DNA from: Gammaproteobacteria bacterium
GTDB taxonomy: Bacteria; Pseudomonadota; Gammaproteobacteria; Acidiferrobacterales; SZUA-150
NCBI GenBank assembly: GCA_029880755.1
Contig: JAOUNW010000001.1
Coordinates: 1-59,346, forward strand
Direction of reading: 5' to 3'
DNA: 59,346 nt
The notes under the pieces were generated by a model. That model made no database searches. It was given only the letters and a program-made list of their open reading frames with translations, and was not told where the DNA came from. This document shows, in pieces, positions 19,084 to 26,416 of the stretch. Both the position numbers and the translations under genes were made by a program. Each line of letters opens with the position of its first letter. The first letter of the stretch is position 1.

Positions 19084-20586
19084 ATGATAAAACAATATTC
19101 TAAATTATTTCGACGAGCTGTCTTTTTTGTCTTTGGGCTATGTCTCAGTTTTCCTTGTGCTGCCAATCACTCTAATGATCCCTTATATAAAGAAATTATA
19201 GCGCTGGTTGATAACCATGGTACTCAGACCGGCACATATGTTCTGGAAAAAGGTGAGGAAGCATTATTGGCGCGTGCCTGGTTGGCGGAACATGCGGTGC
19301 ACACGATTGAAGTGCAGTACTTTATTTGGGGTACCGACAACATCGGTATACTGGCGGCTGAGGCCCTACTGTCAGCGGCGGAAAGGGGCGTTAAAGTGAG
19401 AGTTATCGTGGATGACTTGTTGATTGATGCGCCGGACAAAAGCCTGGTGGCCCTGTCGACGCATCCCAATGTGGAAATTAAGATATATAATCCAAATATG
19501 ACGGTGGGCACGTCACTCCCGAAAAAAACATTAAACGCGCTAAAGAACTTTCGGGGAGTAAATCAGCGTATGCACAACAAGACTTTTATTGTCGATGATG
19601 TTGTGGGTATCACAGGTGGGCGTAATATGGCCGATGAGTATTTTGACTTTGATCGGCGATACAATTTTCGTGATCGAGATGTACTGCTGTTAGGGCCGGC
19701 TGTTCTCGATATCAAAAGGAGCTTTGACGAGTACTGGGATCATCCGCTGGCCGTTGCTATTGATCAATTGCTGGATAAACAGAAAAACAAGCTGACCCAA
19801 AACAACATACAGGAAATTTACCGAGAACTACATCAGCATGCTGCTGACCCGAAGAACTTCGCGCCAAATGTCAGGACAGCTCTTCAGAATATACCGGATC
19901 GCTTTGAATCACTGATAAAAGACATTGTCTGGACTAAGGTGCAATTTATTAGCGATCCCCCTGGGAAAAACAAGTCACACTTTTCCCTGGAAGGGGGCGG
20001 TGTTTCCACGAGAATGCTTAAAGACGCGCTAAGCCAAGCAAAAGAGCGTGTTGTGATTCAATCGCCCTATCTGGTATTGCTCGAAGATGGTAGGAAGCTA
20101 TTTAAGGAATTGCTGGAGAGAGGAGTGAGCGTCAAAATAAATACCAATTCACTGGCTTCGACAGATAATCTCATGGCTTACAGTGGGTATCGAAAACACC
20201 GTCAGAAATTGTTGGGCCTTGGAGTGCAGTTATATGAGTTCCGTCCGGACGCAAAAGTGGCAAAGGATTTAATTGACCGGTTGCCTGAATTCGATGGCAA
20301 GACCCCGGTATTTGCCATACATGCCAAGACTATGGTGATTGACGGCAAGACGGTCTTTATTGGTACGTTTAACCTCGATCCAAGATCGGCCAACCTTAAT
20401 ACCGAGGTCGGCGTGTTGATTAATCATCCGGGACTCGCCGCTTCAGTTGAAGCTGCGATTGAGACGGATATGCGCGCGGAAAACAGTTGGGATGTGAGAA
20501 AGAGCAATCCCGATTATCATGCAAGTTTCTCTAAGCGAAGCAAATTATTGTTTTACAGATTATTGCCAATGGGTAAAGTGTTGTAA
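19084..20586 (+). CDS. Phospholipase D-family protein (two HKD motifs), secreted
   Basis: HKD motifs HNKTFIVDD...GGRNMADEY and HAKTMVIDG...GTFNLDPRS. N-terminal signal peptide. Confidence 0.9.
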   Translation: MIKQYSKLFRRAVFFVFGLCLSFPCAANHSNDPLYKEIIALVDNHGTQTGTYVLEKGEEALLARAWLAEHAVHTIEVQYFIWGTDNIGILAAEALLSAAERGVKVRVIVDDLLIDAPDKSLVALSTHPNVEIKIYNPNMTVGTSLPKKTLNALKNFRGVNQRMHNKTFIVDDVVGITGGRNMADEYFDFDRRYNFRDRDVLLLGPAVLDIKRSFDEYWDHPLAVAIDQLLDKQKNKLTQNNIQEIYRELHQHAADPKNFAPNVRTALQNIPDRFESLIKDIVWTKVQFISDPPGKNKSHFSLEGGGVSTRMLKDALSQAKERVVIQSPYLVLLEDGRKLFKELLERGVSVKINTNSLASTDNLMAYSGYRKHRQKLLGLGVQLYEFRPDAKVAKDLIDRLPEFDGKTPVFAIHAKTMVIDGKTVFIGTFNLDPRSANLNTEVGVLINHPGLAASVEAAIETDMRAENSWDVRKSNPDYHASFSKRSKLLFYRLLPMGKVL

Positions 20587-20637
20587 GGAAAAAGAAGGAA
20601 AAAAAGGGGTCAGGCCGGTTTTCCTTAGGAGAACTCC

Positions 20638-20823
20638 ATGACTGACAAAGAGCAACAACCGCCGCCGCATTCCATCAAAAAGGAACCCAAGTTCTGCCGT
20701 TGCCGTGTATGCCATGAGCACTTCTACGGTGATACCATTGCCGAAGCACGAGAGGCCTGCCTCAAGCACGGGCATGAGCAGCATCCTGGTTGGGGTGCGA
20801 GTGCGTGTTTTTGTCCGGACTAA
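20638..20823 (+). CDS. Small Cys/His-rich protein (61 aa), hypothetical metal-binding
   Basis: AGGAGA lies 6 nt before the ATG. CRCRVCHEH ... CLKHGHEQH ... CFC. Confidence 0.45.
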   Translation: MTDKEQQPPPHSIKKEPKFCRCRVCHEHFYGDTIAEAREACLKHGHEQHPGWGASACFCPD

Positions 20824-20857
20824 TTCTGTTGTGTTTACTGATTTCGGTGCCACAATC

Positions 20858-21139
20858 ATGTTTCGTAAAGACCTGGTGAACCTGTTACAGCATCACCCCC
20901 AGAGCCTGAATGATTTGGCACAGTTGTTGGAGATGAGTCAGCGCGATGTCGAGGATGACATTAGGCATCTCATGAAGAGCCTCAAGCATTCTGCCTATCG
21001 GTTGCAGATTACCCCTACGCGTTGTCGGAAGTGTGGTTTTGTCTTTCAGAAAGACAAGCTGCATAAACCCGGAAAATGCCCGCAGTGTCACGAGACCTGG
21101 ATTCAGGAACCATTGATCGAGATCAAGACGCAACGCTGA
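20858..21139 (+). CDS. Winged-helix/ArsR-like HTH fused to a C-terminal zinc ribbon (COG3357-like regulator)
   Basis: I chose the internal ATG at 20858 because the upstream part of ORF 20705 overlaps the previous small gene. C-terminal CRKCG...CPQC. Confidence 0.6.
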   Translation: MFRKDLVNLLQHHPQSLNDLAQLLEMSQRDVEDDIRHLMKSLKHSAYRLQITPTRCRKCGFVFQKDKLHKPGKCPQCHETWIQEPLIEIKTQR

Positions 21140-21221
21140 CAGTCAGCGATACCCTGTGTTGCTTGACGGCTAAGACGAGCCGTCATAAGAAGGAGCTCTC
21201 CTGTAGCAGGAAAATAGTACA

Positions 21222-21446
21222 ATGCCCTATAAGACCCTTTCATCGCTACCAGGCAATATTCGCGCGCATCTGCCTAAGCGCGCTCAAGAGATCTATCGCG
21301 CCGCGTTCAATAGTGCCTGGGAGCAATACCGCAAACCGGAAAGCCGGCGAGGCGAGGTGTCTCAGGAGGAAATTGCCCACCGAGTTGCCTGGGCTGCGGT
21401 TAAACAGCAATACACCAAGCAGGGTGATAAGTGGGTGCGTAAGTGA
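21222..21446 (+). CDS. chaB: ChaB-family cation transport regulator
   Basis: Collinear with E. coli ChaB as I recall it: MPYKT...LP...A..IY..AFNSAW.QY......R.......E.AH.VAWAAVK..Y.K. Confidence 0.85.
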   Translation: MPYKTLSSLPGNIRAHLPKRAQEIYRAAFNSAWEQYRKPESRRGEVSQEEIAHRVAWAAVKQQYTKQGDKWVRK

Positions 21447-21520
21447 TAGAGGGATTCGGGGAAGGGGTTGTGGCTGCAGAGCGTTCAGAACACCCGGCGC
21501 AATAAAAATACTATTTCGCT

Positions 21521-22129
21521 TTATGTATTCTTTTGGGTGCTATAGGGGTGCAACTGCGCAGCCAGTTCCTTCCTGGCTGTTTCAGCCTGTTGGTAAATCT
21601 TACTTACTTTATTAAAATCCAGCATGCGAATGTCGCGAATGTCCGGTTTAATATAGATATCCGGTCGCCTATGTCGGAGTTTTTCGTTCAGAATGGAATT
21701 TTGCAGAATCTGAAAAGTGTTGAACGTGGTTTCAAAATAGCCTGGGGTATCACGACTGTCGGGTGTGCGTTCGCCTAGAACGTTAATAGCTACCACTACA
21801 TCACAGTCATCGAAAAGCAGATCATAAGGCACGGGGTTAACGAGCCCGCCGTCTACCAGTACCTTGCCTCTGTATTTTACCGGCTCGAACAGGCCAGGAA
21901 TAGCCATGCTGGCATTGATAGCGCTGATGAGATTGCCGGAGTCGAGCACAACCTGGCTGCGCCCCCAGAAATCTGTGGCAACTATTGTCATAGGAATTTT
22001 CAGTTGCTCAAATTGGGTGACTCTCAATCGTTTGGCAAGAAATGCCATCATTGCCTCCGAGTTGATCGGGCCTCCATGACCAATGCGCAAATCCAGAAAT
22101 TCCAACCAGTGAGACACTTCTTCTTTCAT
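21521..22129 (-). CDS. Patatin-like phospholipase, N-terminally truncated and a likely gene remnant. It lacks the oxyanion Gly-rich loop and the GxSxG nucleophile.
   Basis: It aligns to RssA/YchK from about residue 68 onward and keeps the catalytic Asp region VLVDGGLVNPVP. The first ~65 aa are absent. AT-rich non-coding DNA and an in-frame TAA lie just upstream. Confidence 0.65.
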   Translation of the reverse strand: MKEEVSHWLEFLDLRIGHGGPINSEAMMAFLAKRLRVTQFEQLKIPMTIVATDFWGRSQVVLDSGNLISAINASMAIPGLFEPVKYRGKVLVDGGLVNPVPYDLLFDDCDVVVAINVLGERTPDSRDTPGYFETTFNTFQILQNSILNEKLRHRRPDIYIKPDIRDIRMLDFNKVSKIYQQAETARKELAAQLHPYSTQKNT

Positions 22130-22175
22130 CAGTGAATCAAGCCAACCCTCGTTCTTTTACACCGTGAGGGAATGG

Positions 22176-22191
22176 AGCAGTTTGCGTGCCA
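22176..22191 (-). promoter_or_regulatory. Candidate sigma-54 (-24/-12) promoter
   Basis: The minus strand reads cTGGCACGcaaaCTGCT. This matches YTGGCACG-N4-TTGCW with correct GG/GC spacing and one mismatch. The -12 GC lies 48 nt upstream of the truncated patatin ATG. Confidence 0.35.
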
Positions 22192-22361
22192 GCTTGCAGT
22201 AGTCTTAAAAACAATGGTTTAAGTAATTAGGTAAAAATTCGAACACAATTACAGTGTAGAATTTTTGTGTTATATCAATATATCCAACCCGAATTGGTGC
22301 AAGAATGATGAACGCAGAACGTAAGTAGAGTAGGGTTTCATGAATGCAGGAGGATGCTGTT

Positions 22362-22691
22362 ATGGGTGAGATAATCAAGTTCGATCGTGCAAAATATTCA
22401 GTCGGGGACGTCGTTCATCACCGTTTGTTCAATTATCGTGGTGTAATTGCTGATGTTGATCCGACATTTCAGCTGACGGAAGAGTGGTACGAAAGCATAG
22501 CCAGGTCGCGTCCACCAAAGAATCGCCCCTGGTATCATGTGCTGGTGCATGAGACGGGAGGCATGACCTATGTCGCCGAACGGAACCTGGAAACTGATGA
22601 CAGTGATGCGCCTGTTTGCCACCCGCTGATTGGACATTACTTTTCCCGGTTTGAGAATGGCCATTATGTGCGGGGCGGTCCTTTGATGTAG
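22362..22691 (+). CDS. hspQ: Heat-shock protein HspQ (hemimethylated-DNA-binding YccV family)
   Basis: AGGAGG lies 7 nt before the ATG at 22362. Pattern F..G..V.H.LF.YRGV..DVDP......PWYHVL....G...YVAE.NL. Confidence 0.85.
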   Translation: MGEIIKFDRAKYSVGDVVHHRLFNYRGVIADVDPTFQLTEEWYESIARSRPPKNRPWYHVLVHETGGMTYVAERNLETDDSDAPVCHPLIGHYFSRFENGHYVRGGPLM

Positions 22692-22799
22692 TTGCCCAGG
22701 AAGAATAGAGTCAAGGATTGCAGTACGGCATTTGACAAACCACCGACTCTTATTTGTTGTAAGGGAGTGTTAACAGCCCCATCAACAAGAAAGCCTATT

Positions 22800-23561
22800 A
22801 TGATTCAGGCATTATTTATGCGGCCTCTCCAGGCAGAAAGCAAATTCAAACTATCTAAACGCTTAACGCAGCTGCCGGACCAGTACATTGCGCGCATGGC
22901 GGAAATTTGCGTCAACTATTTCCCCGATCAATCCCTAATGGAGCAGACAGTACGTAACCATCTGAAAAACGCGGATACGGTGCGCCTTGCCTTTTTACGT
23001 GACAGAGTTGTTGGTTTTTCTGTCGCATCGAAGTACAAAATGCAAACCCCCTTTTTCTCCAAACCTGTTAATGTCATATTCCAGCGTATGCTCTATCTCG
23101 AACCCGGTGTCTTGTATCGTGGTTTAGGGCTTCGTCTCCTCGGCGCTACCTTGCGCGACCTTTTCGGCTGGTTATGGCCATTTAAACGCCTGGTCGCGAT
23201 TTGCCGTACCCAGAATCCTGTGGTGGTAAAAATTATGAATATGTATAACGTAGTCTACCCGCAATACAATCAACCGCTGCCTTCAAACATTAGGCAGTTT
23301 AGTGAAAGTCTGTTACCGATGCTTGGCGCAGAATCCCTTGATGAACGTTGCCGATTAATCGGCACTCTCAGATCATTTACTGGTAAGGATTATACGGATA
23401 TTTGGAATCGTTATCTGCATCGCCGCAAGAGTACTTACGAGAAACTAATGTTGAATAGTGCTTTTAAGGAGGAGGAGGGTCGTGTTATCAATACTGGCGC
23501 CTTTGTGTTAATGGTGGCTTACGCCAAGCCTTTACGTTTTATTCGTTATCTGTTTCACTAA
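22800..23561 (+). CDS. Hypothetical protein, possibly GNAT-like acyltransferase fold
   Basis: I prefer the ATG at 22800 to the TTG at 22692. VVGFSVAS ... YRGLGLRLL resembles GNAT beta4/motif A. Weak call. Confidence 0.45.
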   Translation: MIQALFMRPLQAESKFKLSKRLTQLPDQYIARMAEICVNYFPDQSLMEQTVRNHLKNADTVRLAFLRDRVVGFSVASKYKMQTPFFSKPVNVIFQRMLYLEPGVLYRGLGLRLLGATLRDLFGWLWPFKRLVAICRTQNPVVVKIMNMYNVVYPQYNQPLPSNIRQFSESLLPMLGAESLDERCRLIGTLRSFTGKDYTDIWNRYLHRRKSTYEKLMLNSAFKEEEGRVINTGAFVLMVAYAKPLRFIRYLFH

Positions 23562-23606
23562 GCGGCCAAGCTGGTTCAAAAAATAAGTCAAGACGGAGTA
23601 TTACCC

Positions 23607-24218
23607 ATGTCAGAGCAACAATCTATATACGAGAAAGCGGTGGCGCTCATCAACGCCGCCAACAGCGAAGATCCGAATAAGGTGACTGTGGACGGCAAGG
23701 CATGGCCGAAAGAGCTGCTCTATTCTCATCGTATGTCGGACATGCTGGAGCGCTTCGCGCCGGAGGCCGATGATGCCATGAAGTTGGCGATCCGCGCGCA
23801 GCATATCCAGCGCTGGAAGTCTCCGCGTGATGCCTATCCCATGGACCGTATTGGTTACCTACAGTGGCGCAAGGATTTATACAAATTTCACGCAAAAACC
23901 GCGGGCGATTTGTTGGCCCTGGCGGGTTACAAGGCAGATGTTATCGACAGGGTAAAACAGGCAGTGGCCAAAAAGAGTATAAAGAGTAATCCGGACACGC
24001 AATTATTGGAAGACGTTACTGACCTGGTGTTTATTGAGCATTACATGTTGGAATTTGCCGGCAAACACCCCGAATATGAAGAAGATAAGTGGATCGATAT
24101 TATTCAGAAAACCTGGAAGAAAATGTCTGATGAGGCACATCAGTTTGCACTTTCAGGAAGCATCAAGCTGCCAGAGCCTTTGGTTTCTCTGATTCAGAAA
24201 GCGGTCGCAGGCAGTTGA
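23607..24218 (+). CDS. DUF4202-family protein
   Basis: About 200 aa, with the block IQRWK.PR..YP..R.GY..WR..L..FHA typical of DUF4202. Confidence 0.7.
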   Translation: MSEQQSIYEKAVALINAANSEDPNKVTVDGKAWPKELLYSHRMSDMLERFAPEADDAMKLAIRAQHIQRWKSPRDAYPMDRIGYLQWRKDLYKFHAKTAGDLLALAGYKADVIDRVKQAVAKKSIKSNPDTQLLEDVTDLVFIEHYMLEFAGKHPEYEEDKWIDIIQKTWKKMSDEAHQFALSGSIKLPEPLVSLIQKAVAGS

Positions 24219-24260
24219 TATAAGTCGAGAGGGGATAAGTAGCTACATAGGATATTAGTG

Positions 24261-25316
24261 ATGATGGATATTCTGCAAACACAGATAGCGGCTAACACGA
24301 TTCAGACGTGGTTGATTGCCTCGGTGGCGGCTGTGGTCATTATCGTAGCGATTGGCGTAACTCGCTGTTTAGTTGGTCGGCACCTGAGGAAGATTGCAGA
24401 GCAAAGAAGGCTTTCATCCTGGGTAATTTCGCACGCCGTGGTAAGGCGGACCAAGTGGCTGTTCGTGCTGTTTCTTGGGCTGTTCGGTGGCTCATTAGTG
24501 GTAAAGATACCGGATGCGACACGTGAAATATTTAATACTGCTGTCATCGTTGTATTGCTCATTCAAGTGGGCCTGTGGCTGTCAGTTGCTCTGCAGGTAG
24601 CTGTAGAGCAATATCGCCAGCGGCAGCTGGAAAAAGATCCTGCCAGTGTGACGACCCTGAATGTCCTGAACTTCATCGGTAAAATCAGTTTATGGGTTGT
24701 CATTTTATTGCTGGTTCTGGACAACCTCGGCGTAAATATTACAGCACTGGTCGCTGGATTGGGTGTTGGCGGCATTGCTATTGCCTTGGCGGTGCAAACC
24801 ATTCTGAGCGATTTATTTGCTTCATTGTCGATCGTATTGGACAAGCCTTTTGTCGTAGGCGACTTTTTGATTGTTGGTGATCTTCTCGGATCCGTCGAGC
24901 ATGTTGGATTAAAAACCACCCGCCTACGGAGTCTTTCGGGCGAACAGCTTGTGTTTTCCAACTCCGATTTGTTGAATAGCCGTATACGTAATTATGGGCG
25001 TATGTTTGAGCGCCGGGTATCATTTGATCTTGGTGTGACCTATCAGACCTCTCGTGAAAAACTGCTTATAATTCCTGAAATCATTCGTGAAGCGGTCGAG
25101 AAACAAGAGCAGACACGTTTTGATCGGTCCCACTTCAAAGAGTATGGCGATTCGGCGTTGATATATGAGTCTGTCTATTTTGTTCTGGGGTCTGACTATA
25201 ACCAGTACATGGATATACAGCAGGCGATTAATCTGCATATTCACGAACGGTTCGAGCGGGAAGGCATCGAGTTCGCGTACCCAACGCGAAGCGTATTTGT
25301 TAAGCACTTGCAGTAA
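24261..25316 (+). CDS. Small-conductance mechanosensitive channel (MscS family)
   Basis: N-terminal TM helices, then a pore-helix region (GVGGIAIALA.Q..L.D) and a beta-domain. The start could equally be the GTG at 24258. Confidence 0.85.
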   Translation: MMDILQTQIAANTIQTWLIASVAAVVIIVAIGVTRCLVGRHLRKIAEQRRLSSWVISHAVVRRTKWLFVLFLGLFGGSLVVKIPDATREIFNTAVIVVLLIQVGLWLSVALQVAVEQYRQRQLEKDPASVTTLNVLNFIGKISLWVVILLLVLDNLGVNITALVAGLGVGGIAIALAVQTILSDLFASLSIVLDKPFVVGDFLIVGDLLGSVEHVGLKTTRLRSLSGEQLVFSNSDLLNSRIRNYGRMFERRVSFDLGVTYQTSREKLLIIPEIIREAVEKQEQTRFDRSHFKEYGDSALIYESVYFVLGSDYNQYMDIQQAINLHIHERFEREGIEFAYPTRSVFVKHLQ

Positions 25317-25825
25317 AAAAACCCTAGAAAGGCCAAACAGGTGAACTGGTTGTTAGATGCCGGTTTGATCAAAAGATTGAGAGGCATAAAAACCCAGCAT
25401 TTTTGCGATTTCTGGCTTCCCGGTAGGGATTTTGGGGCCAGCCTTAATCCTGGACTGTAGTAAAAATAGACAGATCCATGTCTTCTCTGATAACGACTAA
25501 GACACAATGAAAAGCAAACGTATCCTGGGTATTTCTATTGGCTTTTCCCTGGTCATCCTTATTACGAGGACGGTGATTTTCTTTGGTATGTCCCGTCTGA
25601 CTCAAATGCAGGCCGCGGCCGGACGCCAGGATCACGCGGGTTAAAACGATTTTATAGATAAAGTTCGCAGAGGTATTTTTGTCTAATTCCAGGTCTACCG
25701 CATTTTTATAGAATGCCGCAACTGAAGACTATGCTTAAGCGTTTGTTCATGCGACATCGGTGTAGTGTCAGGTATTCTTCAGTGTTCTTTAACAGATTGG
25801 CCTGTTGTGGCAGCGGGGTACGTAC

Positions 25826-26284
25826 ATGAAGACATTGGTGATGATTGCAACGGGTTTAACCCTGGCGATAGGTTTGTACTTGATCGTTCTATCCATGCTT
25901 TCCCGGAAACCTGCTGAACTGGGTATTAAGGCAGGTCAGTTGTTACCGTGCCCGGAAACTCCCAATTGTGTGTGCAGTGAATACTCTGGCGTTTCGGCAT
26001 ACGTGAGACCCATGTCGTTTTCCGTTTCAAGTGAGGTCGCATGGAACAAGGCAAGGCTGGCCGTGCTGGGTGCAGGCGGTAAAATACTAACGGAGCAGCT
26101 GGGTTATCTTCATGTCAGATTCGTTACACCAATCTTCCTTTTTATTGATGATGTGGAGTTACGGTTGGATGAGGGAGGCAGGGTAATTCATATTCGGTCT
26201 GCCTCACGAGTGGGGCGCTCAGACCTTGGGCTTAATAGAAAAAGAGTGGCAAGAATAAGAGAACTGTTTGAGAAAGAAGAATAA
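25826..26284 (+). CDS. DUF1499-family protein
   Basis: N-terminal TM/signal segment and the signature LPCPETPNCVCSE. Confidence 0.7.
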   Translation: MKTLVMIATGLTLAIGLYLIVLSMLSRKPAELGIKAGQLLPCPETPNCVCSEYSGVSAYVRPMSFSVSSEVAWNKARLAVLGAGGKILTEQLGYLHVRFVTPIFLFIDDVELRLDEGGRVIHIRSASRVGRSDLGLNRKRVARIRELFEKEE

Positions 26285-26416
26285 CAGTCACAGAGGCAGG
26301 AGTGGGAGACAGAGTTAGTCTTCTCTGGGCACCTCCAACGCTATTTTTCTGTTGGTAAAGCTTGAATGACTGTTCTACTATAGTCACTCCAAAAAGAGTT
26401 TTTGAGTAGTCGAGCC

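Noticed and set aside
21076-21615. 179-aa ORF overlapping chaB in another frame
   Set aside because: ChaB is recognisable residue by residue. The overlapping frame is Arg/Ser/Cys-rich and low-complexity.
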